From Gemmatimonadota bacterium (GTDB lineage Bacteria; Gemmatimonadota; Gemmatimonadetes; Gemmatimonadales; GWC2-71-9), in contig JBDHKN010000013.1 in assembly GCA_039586365.1 (NCBI GenBank), positions 1-64,000 on the forward strand: a stretch of DNA of 64,000 nt. Reading direction: 5' to 3'. Of the stretch, positions 1 through 8,299 are shown piece after piece. The position numbers were made by a program, and so were the translations under genes. Below the pieces are notes generated by a model. That model searched no databases, had not been told where the DNA came from, and saw only the letters and a program-made list of their open reading frames with translations. The number at the start of each line of letters is the position of its first letter. Position 1 is the first letter of the stretch.

Positions 1-1413
1 GAACATCCAGTTCATGACCCACCACCGCTCGCCGTCGTAGAACAGCGTGATGCTGTTCACACCGCGATCATACGGCTCGCCACCCTCGGTGCGGGCGGTG
101 GCGTAACTGCTCCATACGTGGACCATGTTGCCGGACCGTTGGGTGACGCGGTCGGTTTCCCACTCCCAGAAACCCTCTTGCCGTGGCGCGTTGTCGCCAT
201 AGTAGCCATCTAACGTCATGACGTGTACGACCGGCTTGCCCGAGTCATCCACGTTGGAGATCGCAACCCATGCCTCGGGATGATGCAGCGTGCGATCGCG
301 CTCCACGTCTGCCGTCTCGCCCGCAGGCCCCGAGACGACTTCGTAGTACGCTTTGATGATGCCGTCGATCGTTGCAACGTCCTCAGGTCGGGCCTGTTGC
401 TGCACAGCTTCCCTGGATTCCGTGCCGGCCACAGCAGCAACACCACCAAGCCCTTCATCGAAAGCAAGCACTCCCGCCAAGACCGTACGGATTGCGTTGA
501 TGAAGAAGGCCGGGTCGACACGCTCGAAATCGTCGGTTGGCCGATGGTAGTCTTCGTGGTCTTCCACCCCGAAGTAGACGAAGGGGATTCCCACGGCGTG
601 GAATGCGCCATGGTCCGAGGAGTTGGTCCAATCGTCTTCGCCCTCAACCCCCTCCACCTCCGGCTGATCATGCCCGTAGCGCAGGACCACCGGGCCCCGT
701 CGCTCGATTGATTCCAGCAGAGGTCGGAGCTGCGGGTAGTGATACGTCCCGGACGCGAAGAGCAGGGAATCGGAGCGGGCCACCATATCCATGTTCACGT
801 TCACTACCACGTCGTCCGGCCACCCTGCGGCCACAAAAGCCCTGGCTCCCTGGAGGCCCATCTCCTCCCCGTCCACGGCGGCGAAAACCGCTGAGTGCCG
901 CAGCGGGTTCTCGACCACGTAACGGGCGATGGACATGAGAGCCACCGTGCCCGACGCGTTGTCGTCGGCCCCATTGTAGACTTCACCTTCCCTGATGCCT
1001 ACATGGTCGAAGTGGGCAGTGAGAACCATGGTCCCGGCCGCGGGATCCGTCCCGGGCACGTAGCCCACCACGTTGGCTCCCTGGATCAGTTGGGTGGTGT
1101 CTCCTCGCCGCGGTCTGAACTCGAAGGGCTGCACGAACCCTCCCTCCGGCGCCTGGAGGCCTGCGTCCTGGAAAGCTGCCACAATGAACTCACGGGCCAG
1201 CGCGCTCCCGGGTTCTCCCGTCCTGCGACCTTCCAGTGAGTCGGAGGAGAGGAAGCGGAGCTCTTCCATGGCCCGGGTCGAATCCGACGCGACGAAGGCG
1301 TCGGGATCCGGGCGGCCGGCGCATCCACCAACCCCGAGAGAGAGTGACACAATCGCGGCCCCTGAGAGACCGGCCCGGCAAACCCGCTCAAACCTGCGCA
1401 AATAAATCACCAT
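1..1413 (-). CDS. M28 family metallopeptidase lipoprotein fused to a C-terminal NTF2/SnoaL-like domain (3' end outside window)
   Basis: Translated by hand; absent from the ORF track because it has no stop in the window. ATG at 1413 with GGAG upstream. M28 motifs TAHFDH, NGADDNASG, GEEMGLQGA, NMDMV, SDHGAF and DYHRPTD, then in the same frame DVATIDGIIKAYYEVVSG...GVNSITLFYDGERWWVMNWMF. Confidence 0.85.
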   Translation of the reverse strand, partial: MVIYLRRFERVCRAGLSGAAIVSLSLGVGGCAGRPDPDAFVASDSTRAMEELRFLSSDSLEGRRTGEPGSALAREFIVAAFQDAGLQAPEGGFVQPFEFRPRRGDTTQLIQGANVVGYVPGTDPAAGTMVLTAHFDHVGIREGEVYNGADDNASGTVALMSIARYVVENPLRHSAVFAAVDGEEMGLQGARAFVAAGWPDDVVVNVNMDMVARSDSLLFASGTYHYPQLRPLLESIERRGPVVLRYGHDQPEVEGVEGEDDWTNSSDHGAFHAVGIPFVYFGVEDHEDYHRPTDDFERVDPAFFINAIRTVLAGVLAFDEGLGGVAAVAGTESREAVQQQARPEDVATIDGIIKAYYEVVSGPAGETADVERDRTLHHPEAWVAISNVDDSGKPVVHVMTLDGYYGDNAPRQEGFWEWETDRVTQRSGNMVHVWSSYATARTEGGEPYDRGVNSITLFYDGERWWVMNWMF

Positions 1414-1474
1414 GATCCGACTCCGCATCAGTTAAACGCCCCAGGCCCCCAGTTGTGGGGTATCCTTGAATCTC

Positions 1475-3187
1475 CTACCAGCTTCCTCCCCGGCCCTTCA
1501 GGTATCCGTCCACGACCCGGACGAACTCGGCGCCGGAGAGGTCCTCTCCCTGCCGCCAGGGGCTGTAGCCGGTCCAGCAGTGGGGTTTCTTGCGGCCATA
1601 CTCGAAGCTCGCCCGCGGTGACGGGTTGCTCAGTTCTGCCAACGCCTGCTCCAGCAGCTCCACGGCGTTGTTCAAGTAGTAGGAATCCATGTCTCCCACG
1701 GCGATGTGGAGTTTCCCCGCCAGGCTCGGCCCCACCGTGCTCCAGTTGGTCACCAGGTGGTGGGTCAGGTCCCAGTTCTCCCGCCAGTACTCGGCCACCT
1801 CGTGGTCGATCTCGCCGGTCACCCGGTCCCAGATGGGAGCCGCGTAGCCGTCGGTACCCACGGGGCTGAACAGGGCCTCCCAAATGGCCCACTGCCCGCC
1901 GGACCTGCCGTTGGGTCCCACCGCACGCTCGTAGTACATCTCCTGTCGGATGGTGGAGACGATGGTCCCGTCAGGCCGGCGGTTGTTGGGCCGTTCCACC
2001 GTCGCCCATTCGCTACCCGTCTCGTAGGCGTTGTCATCTTCGTAGACGTTCACTATCTGGTACCAGTGGAAATCCACCGGGTCCGGGCACCACCCCCAGG
2101 TGCCCCCGAAGAAGTCGGGGTTGAGAATCTGTATCGCCAGGGCCTCCCATCCGCCGGTGGACCCGCCGGCCAGGACCCGGGCCCATGGCTCAGGAACGAT
2201 CCGGAACTCTTGTTCCAGGTAGGGGATCAACTCCTGGGCGAAAGCGTCACCATAAGGACCCACATTGGCGGTGTTGACCGAATGCCCCGTGTCGTAGTAG
2301 GGGTTCGCGTCCCGCACCGAAACGAGGATCATCTTGGGGCTGGCCGGGGAACGCCAGAACTCGGAGAACCCGGCATAGCGGGTCCGCTCTTGTTCCGGTT
2401 CGTCGGAGTAGCCGTATGGCGCGCCCCGCCCCGGGAAGTGCCCCGTGAGGTAGAGCACCGGATAGCGCCGGTCCGAGTTCGTCGCGTAGTCGGTGGGAAG
2501 CAGCACGTTGGCGCCGATGTACATGTCCTGGCCCCAGAAGGTGGATAGGGCAGCGCTGCGGATCTTGACGAAGCGGACCAGCTCCCCCCGATCCGGTGGG
2601 TTCCCCTGTTGTAGCGAGCCACCCTCGGGAACCGGGTCGGTGGGAGGGATCACTTGGGTGAGCGCCAGGCGGATCGTGCCGCCCCCGGCGGGGTCGATTC
2701 GCACCTGCTGGGGAGCGCTCATGGCGTTCCCCGGTGCCTCCCACGGGCTCTGACCGGCGCCTGAATTGAGATGCATCTCCACCACGTGTCCGTCCGAGCG
2801 GTGGAAGGTGGTGAATACATTGAGAAAAGCCTGGACCGTGTAGTCACCGCGGGGTACAGTGGAGAGGTCGGCCAGGGGGTGTCCTATGACCCCGTCTCCT
2901 CCGGGCACCAGGGTGACCTCGTCCCCACCCGCAAGCCCCCTCACTTCCTGGCCCCAGAATGGCACGCCTCTCACCCCGACCTGTTCCCGCGGCTCCGTCT
3001 CGCTGTCCCGAGTGAGGATGACATAGGCCCTTCCGGTAACCGGCACCGCCAACCCCAGGGCCGCGATCTCCTGGGCCGCTGAGTCGGCGAGCTGGATGGC
3101 GAAGCTGGGGGCGTTCGTTGCCGTATTCGGTGGCGCACAGGCCGTCACAGCGGCCATGAGTATCAGGCTCAGGACAAATCTCTTCAT
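1475..3187 (-). CDS. Secreted lipoprotein alpha/beta-hydrolase, putative esterase (enterochelin esterase-like)
   Basis: Lipobox VTAC after MKRFVLSLILMAA. Motifs RRYPVLY, nucleophile GGSTGGWE, GDMDS and C-terminal PHCW. Start moved to ATG 3187. Confidence 0.8.
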   Translation of the reverse strand: MKRFVLSLILMAAVTACAPPNTATNAPSFAIQLADSAAQEIAALGLAVPVTGRAYVILTRDSETEPREQVGVRGVPFWGQEVRGLAGGDEVTLVPGGDGVIGHPLADLSTVPRGDYTVQAFLNVFTTFHRSDGHVVEMHLNSGAGQSPWEAPGNAMSAPQQVRIDPAGGGTIRLALTQVIPPTDPVPEGGSLQQGNPPDRGELVRFVKIRSAALSTFWGQDMYIGANVLLPTDYATNSDRRYPVLYLTGHFPGRGAPYGYSDEPEQERTRYAGFSEFWRSPASPKMILVSVRDANPYYDTGHSVNTANVGPYGDAFAQELIPYLEQEFRIVPEPWARVLAGGSTGGWEALAIQILNPDFFGGTWGWCPDPVDFHWYQIVNVYEDDNAYETGSEWATVERPNNRRPDGTIVSTIRQEMYYERAVGPNGRSGGQWAIWEALFSPVGTDGYAAPIWDRVTGEIDHEVAEYWRENWDLTHHLVTNWSTVGPSLAGKLHIAVGDMDSYYLNNAVELLEQALAELSNPSPRASFEYGRKKPHCWTGYSPWRQGEDLSGAEFVRVVDGYLKGRGGSW

Positions 3188-3243
3188 GGGTGGTTTGGAC
3201 CTTTCCTGTAAATGGCTGAGTGGGTAATCACCGCAGTGGCAGT

Positions 3244-5004
3244 TCACAGCTCGTCCAGATATCCCTCCCCGGCTGTGGTTACCCTTGCGACGGCGGCTTC
3301 GATGGCTGCTAGAGTTTCGGGGGATGCTCCGCCGACCTCGATGTCTTGCGCTGTCTGCAGCGCATCCCGGTACCAGTCCAGCCACGCCTGCACGATGACG
3401 ACCTGCTCCGCCCGGTCTGCGCCCGCATCGATCGCCGCCTGGCTCAACTCATACTCGGCAGCCAATCGGGCCAGAGCCGCAGTCTCGACCTCGCCGATGA
3501 TGAAACGCGCCACCTCACCGTCGGCAGCGGCGAGGGTCATGGCGGTGACCGTCGTACTCACGCCCACGTTCGCCAGGGACTGGGCGGACACCTTGTCGAT
3601 CCGATCGCCGTCGGTGTGGTAGAACATATCGGTGAAGTGCCACAGCAACAGGCCGGGAATGTCCGCGCGCAAGAAGGGCACATGATCGCTGCCGCCCTCG
3701 TACGGGTTGGTCTTTACCACCCAACCCGTGGCTGCGGCCTGATCGAGGCAGCGCCCCAGCACGAAGTCGTTCAGGTAGTGGGGTGTGAGGTCGTCCACCG
3801 AGAGGTTACTTCTTCCTTCCCCCCACCAGTCAGTGTGCTGGTCCTCACCGCGGGTCCAGATCGTCGAGGGATCCGGCATCTTCTCGATCAGGAAGGTGCC
3901 GCCCGTCTTCTCGGTATCCTCTCCAACCATGTCGAGGCTAACTCCCCAACGAATCCCTGCGGCGCGGGCGGGATCGTCCGCGATGTAGCGACGAGTGGAG
4001 CTGATCTCGTCACCCCACAGCAGCGAAATCGTCCGGGCGGGTACGAACCTCCCATCCCCAACCAGCTCCGCCAGCACACGGGCGATCTCTGCCTGAGCCG
4101 CGACACCGGAGGCGTTGTCGTTAGCTCCCGGCTCCTGCACGTGTGCGCTCAGCACGAATCGTTCGGCAGGATGGCTGCGGCCGTGAACGTCTGCCACCAG
4201 CGTGAGTTCGTCGGCAGTGTAGATGCGCGTTTGCAGCTTGACCCGCACCCGCACGGTCCCCGCCTCCACGGCTTGCTTGAGCCGGCCGCGCGTCGCATAG
4301 GACAGCCGCACACCCCATGACTCCCGCTCCGGGTCCTGCGGAATGCTGCTGAACACAATCGAATTCTGATTTGTCTCGGGTTGGGTGTAGGCTGCCATAC
4401 TGTAGGAGAGTACGCCCAGCGCGCCACGGTTCTGGACCGCCTCGCTGAACAGGCGGCGCACACTCGTCTCGCCGAACACTATCTTCCCGCGCACGTCGAG
4501 GCCCTCGAACTGCTCCGCCCCGCCCTCTCCCACGTAAGCCAACTCCGCCTCGATCCCTTGCGGCGGAGTGGAGTAGGAGTTGATGGCGATCATGTTCATG
4601 TTGCTGGAGAAGTCGAGCAGCGGTCCGCCTTCGGGCCCCACCAGCTCCAGCGAGCCAGCCACCGGCTCCCAGGTTGGGCCGTCCATGGCACGGTGCTCCA
4701 CGCGGTAGGTGAGAGGTGCTTCCGGCCCAGCGTCTTCCTCAGCGACGTAGCCGGCGCCAGTGAGAACCTGCACGACCCGAGCGATACTGGCATCGAAGCC
4801 GGAGTTGCCCGGCACCCGAAACGTGCCCTCCATGGACGCCACGATCTCCCTGGCGCTGTCGCCGGAGTACGCGGCCCGCACGTCACCGAAATAGCGCTCG
4901 ATCGTCGCGTCGGTGGGACGCTGGGTATGAACGGCACCGCCCGTGCAGGCGGCAAATCCCAGTGATTGACCCACTAGGAGAGAGAAAACAGCCAAGCGTT
5001 TCAT
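3244..5004 (-). CDS. M28 family aminopeptidase with PA domain, lipoprotein
   Basis: Signal ending FAAC. PA-like LDVRGKIVF segment; SAHVQEPGANDNASG, SLDMVG, GGSDHVPF, FYHTDGD. Confidence 0.85.
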   Translation of the reverse strand: MKRLAVFSLLVGQSLGFAACTGGAVHTQRPTDATIERYFGDVRAAYSGDSAREIVASMEGTFRVPGNSGFDASIARVVQVLTGAGYVAEEDAGPEAPLTYRVEHRAMDGPTWEPVAGSLELVGPEGGPLLDFSSNMNMIAINSYSTPPQGIEAELAYVGEGGAEQFEGLDVRGKIVFGETSVRRLFSEAVQNRGALGVLSYSMAAYTQPETNQNSIVFSSIPQDPERESWGVRLSYATRGRLKQAVEAGTVRVRVKLQTRIYTADELTLVADVHGRSHPAERFVLSAHVQEPGANDNASGVAAQAEIARVLAELVGDGRFVPARTISLLWGDEISSTRRYIADDPARAAGIRWGVSLDMVGEDTEKTGGTFLIEKMPDPSTIWTRGEDQHTDWWGEGRSNLSVDDLTPHYLNDFVLGRCLDQAAATGWVVKTNPYEGGSDHVPFLRADIPGLLLWHFTDMFYHTDGDRIDKVSAQSLANVGVSTTVTAMTLAAADGEVARFIIGEVETAALARLAAEYELSQAAIDAGADRAEQVVIVQAWLDWYRDALQTAQDIEVGGASPETLAAIEAAVARVTTAGEGYLDEL

Positions 5005-5126
5005 GTTGAGTATCCCGTCATTGTGACTTTCTTGGTCGTTGCCTTGCGGGCCGCTTGGGTGGAGGGGGGTCCGGCGTAAAACCGAACTCCCGACCCGCTG
5101 ACTCGGCCCAACCCAATGATCCGGCC

Positions 5127-6869
5127 TCAATAGCGCCAACTGCCGAGGTCGGCTCCTTGCGGCGCGGTGCGGTGTATGTGCTCGGCCATCTGTGGGATGA
5201 AGCGTTGCAGCACCGTGAGGCGCTGGATTCTCAGGGGCTGCTGGTGGTCACCGGTCCAGCAGTGCTCGTAGCGGTCACCGTACTCCACGTGGCCCCCGTA
5301 GTAGGGCTCCCGGGTGCTCTCCAAAAAGTCCTCCATCAGATAGACCGAGTTGTTCAGGTGCCAGCTGTCCATGTCGCCGGCGTAGATGTGGAGCTTCCCC
5401 ACCAGCTTCGGGCCCAAGCTGGCCCAGTCCCGCTCCAGGATGTGGCTGAGGTCGTAGTTCTCCCGCCAGTATTCCGCCACCTGATGGTCGATCTTTCCGG
5501 TCAGCGGGTCCCAGATGGGAGCCGGATACCCGTCGTCACCCACTGGGCTGTATACCGCCTGCCAGATTGCCCACTGCTGTCCCGAGCGTCCCCGGCTCCC
5601 CAGCACCATCTCCCAGTGGCTGTCTTCTTCCACCGTGACGATGGGGTGGCCCAACCAGTTGCGACCCGACGGTTTGGGGGTGTGCTTCCAGTCGCTCTGC
5701 ATGAAGTAGGCGTTCTCATCGGCGTAGATGTCGATGATCTCGTACTGCCGGAAGTCCACGGCGTCGGGGCAGAACGACCAGGCGCCGTTGAACTCGTCCG
5801 GGTAGAAGATCTGCTGTCCCAGGACTTCCCACCCCCCGGTGGAGCCCCCGTACATGACCCGGGACCACCCCTTCCCGATGCCCCGGAACCGCTGCTCCAG
5901 ATAGGGGATCAATTCGTGTACGATGGCGTCACCGTAGGGGCCGACGTTTGCGGAGTTCACGGCGTACGAGTCGTCGTAATAGGGATTCGCATGCTCGATC
6001 TTCACCACCAGCATGCGAGGGAAGCCCTGTGACGTCCACTTCTGGTAGAGGTCGTAGCCGTACTCCGCTCGAGTACGCTCGTAGTCGGTGAGGTCCGGCG
6101 TGGGAGGGGTGTCCCTGAACTCAGGGAATCCCCGTGGGAAGTGCCCGTGGGCGATCGCCAGCGGGTAACGGGCCTCCGGGTGCTCGTCGAAGCCGTAGGG
6201 CAGTAGCACGTACGCTCCCAAGTACATGGGACGGCCCCAGAACGCGCTCAACAGCTCGCTTTGGATCTGGACGTGTTTGACCCAAGGAGTGTCCTCCAGT
6301 GCGGGAATCGGGGGAATCTCCTGGTCCAGGGTGATACGCACGGTCCCACCCCGGGAGGGGTCTAGCTGGACGGTCCGAGAAGTGCTGTAGAAGTTGCCTG
6401 GCTTGGTGTTCCAGTGCTGGCCCTCCCCCTGGTCTGGCGGGAGGCTCACCGTGTGGCCGTCGCCCCGGACAAAGGTCTCGTAGCGATTGAGCACCGCCTG
6501 GACGCGGTATTCGCCCGGGGGCAGGTCGTCCAGGCTGCGTACCGGAAAGCCGAACGTAGAGCCATCGATGACGGCCGCCTCATCCGGCCGCAGTCCCACC
6601 ACGTCGATCCCGAAGCCGGGTTGGGTACCGGGATCGTAGATCCGATACTGGAACCTCGGCTCGTCCCCGGGCCGGTTCGAGACGATGAGGACGATCCGCC
6701 CGTCTTGAGCCTCCGGGCTCAGCCCCGAGGGGAATGAGATCTCGAAGCGGAGCCCCGCCGGGGGTCGCAACATGGTGAAGCCGCCCAGAGCGGCTATTAG
6801 GAGCAGCAGCGTGGCAGCGGCTGGCAAGAGCCGCATAGCCCCGCGCCGGGAGGACAGCGTTAACGGCAT
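5127..6869 (-). CDS. Secreted putative esterase, paralog of 1475..3187
   Basis: Shares ANPYYD..VN.ANVGPYGDA, GGSTGGWE, CPD, GDMDS and HCWTG with the other copy. Start is 6869 or 6836. Confidence 0.8.
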   Translation of the reverse strand: MPLTLSSRRGAMRLLPAAATLLLLIAALGGFTMLRPPAGLRFEISFPSGLSPEAQDGRIVLIVSNRPGDEPRFQYRIYDPGTQPGFGIDVVGLRPDEAAVIDGSTFGFPVRSLDDLPPGEYRVQAVLNRYETFVRGDGHTVSLPPDQGEGQHWNTKPGNFYSTSRTVQLDPSRGGTVRITLDQEIPPIPALEDTPWVKHVQIQSELLSAFWGRPMYLGAYVLLPYGFDEHPEARYPLAIAHGHFPRGFPEFRDTPPTPDLTDYERTRAEYGYDLYQKWTSQGFPRMLVVKIEHANPYYDDSYAVNSANVGPYGDAIVHELIPYLEQRFRGIGKGWSRVMYGGSTGGWEVLGQQIFYPDEFNGAWSFCPDAVDFRQYEIIDIYADENAYFMQSDWKHTPKPSGRNWLGHPIVTVEEDSHWEMVLGSRGRSGQQWAIWQAVYSPVGDDGYPAPIWDPLTGKIDHQVAEYWRENYDLSHILERDWASLGPKLVGKLHIYAGDMDSWHLNNSVYLMEDFLESTREPYYGGHVEYGDRYEHCWTGDHQQPLRIQRLTVLQRFIPQMAEHIHRTAPQGADLGSWRY

Positions 6870-6946
6870 GGGAGGCCTGCCCTTCGAAACGGGAAACCCC
6901 GGGGAGGGACCCGGCTGGTGAGCCGGGCTCCTCCCGCGGTATGGCA

Positions 6947-8281
6947 TCAGCGGTTGATGTTCGGGTTGTTTAGGTACTCCACCTCGGGTAGCGGGAAGCA
7001 GATCTGGTCACCGAAGACCCCGCCGTGAGGGAACGGTTCACCCGGGGCCGGCACGAGCGGCAGGTTGAATCGCTCGAGATCCTGCATGTGCTGGCCCTCG
7101 AGGAACAGCTCGGCTCCCCGTTCGTAGATCAACTGGTTCCTGATCTCCGCCGCATCGGTGCTGACGAAGTCCGGCAGTCCCGCCCGGGCGTGGAGGACGT
7201 TGATGATATCCACCGCTTGCTGAAGTTGACCGGCGTCTAGCGCCGCTTCAGCCATGATCAGTTGCGCCTCGTCCCACGTGGCGACGGGTATGGGACTCTC
7301 GAGGCTGGCGTACTTATCAGCCGCCCACATATCGATGGCGGTGCCCGGCCCCTGGACGCCCAGATCGGTCACTTGTACGCGCGGATCCGGTTGCCCCAGG
7401 AACGTCATGTTGCGGTACATCGGCTCCACGGTCGCCATCAGCTCCCGCACCATCAGTGCGTAGAGCTTGTTCTCGGTGGCGTCGTCGAGGCTCGAGTACG
7501 GGAACTCGTAAGAGAAGCCCACGGGCACTTGGGCTGCATCAGCAGCAGCATCCGCCAGCTGGCCCAAGTTGACCCGTACCCGGGCTCGACCGACCCGGGC
7601 CACGTTAAGGATGTCGTCGTCACCCGCTGCAGCGGCGGCATCCATGGCCCGGGTGAACCTGGCTTCCGCAGCAGCGAATATGTCGGGCGGGAACATCTCC
7701 GGCCCCAGATCTATCGCTGCAGAGCACATCCCCTCGCCGAGCAGCGCCAGGCTGTAGCCCGCAAAGGCGGCCGCCGTCGCGGTCAACTCGGTCCGGTTTG
7801 GTACCTGAGCGTCGCCCCACTCGTCGAGGCGCCGCAGGGCGTCATCAGCCAGCCAGCGGGCCGTTGACAGGGGCTCGTACACGTTGGGCGCGTTGCCCGT
7901 GCAGTCCCCCGTTGCGTACATGGAGGTCCACCCCGTCGGGGTGAAGACACGCCCGTCGTACCACACGAAGGAGCCGCCGCCGATATCGCCTCCGACTCCC
8001 CACTCGTTGCCTACGTAGGCACTCGCGCCAATGAAGTGCCCGAGTGCGCACCTGAATTCGTTGACCGCGCTGTTGACCAACAGGTCGGCGTTGGCCGGAT
8101 TGTCGAGGTCGTCAGCCGCGACCTGCGACGGGGCCTCGACTGAGATGAGGTTGTCCAGTGCGTCGCACGAGTTGAGCGCGAGCGCGAGAACGAGGATGGG
8201 CCACCGCGCGAAGCGGGTTGATTGCTTGAGCTCTAGCATTTTCGCTGCTCCTGATTGCGAGGTTTTAGGATCTGTTGTCAT
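6947..8281 (-). CDS. SusD/RagB family outer-membrane nutrient-binding lipoprotein
   Basis: Lipobox LNSC; EAQLIMAEA, IINVLHARAGL and YERGAELFLEGQH are SusD C-terminal motifs; directly follows the SusC gene. Alternative start at 8239. Confidence 0.88.
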   Translation of the reverse strand: MTTDPKTSQSGAAKMLELKQSTRFARWPILVLALALNSCDALDNLISVEAPSQVAADDLDNPANADLLVNSAVNEFRCALGHFIGASAYVGNEWGVGGDIGGGSFVWYDGRVFTPTGWTSMYATGDCTGNAPNVYEPLSTARWLADDALRRLDEWGDAQVPNRTELTATAAAFAGYSLALLGEGMCSAAIDLGPEMFPPDIFAAAEARFTRAMDAAAAAGDDDILNVARVGRARVRVNLGQLADAAADAAQVPVGFSYEFPYSSLDDATENKLYALMVRELMATVEPMYRNMTFLGQPDPRVQVTDLGVQGPGTAIDMWAADKYASLESPIPVATWDEAQLIMAEAALDAGQLQQAVDIINVLHARAGLPDFVSTDAAEIRNQLIYERGAELFLEGQHMQDLERFNLPLVPAPGEPFPHGGVFGDQICFPLPEVEYLNNPNINR

Positions 8282-8299
8282 CGGTCCGTATCCTCCCCG

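Noticed and set aside
223..1405. Plus-strand ORFs in the track (223..711, 895..1239 and others)
   Set aside because: Antisense shadows of the minus-strand M28 fusion gene.
5050..5112. Irregular nested hairpin between esterase and M28 genes (similar weak fold at 18899-18957)
   Set aside because: Short GC-rich helices with many bulges; not distinguishable from background by eye.
1475..6869. Esterases as mycolyl-arabinogalactan esterases linked to the GH172 locus
   Set aside because: Only a generic alpha/beta-hydrolase fold is shared, and the loci are ~18 kb apart with unrelated genes between.
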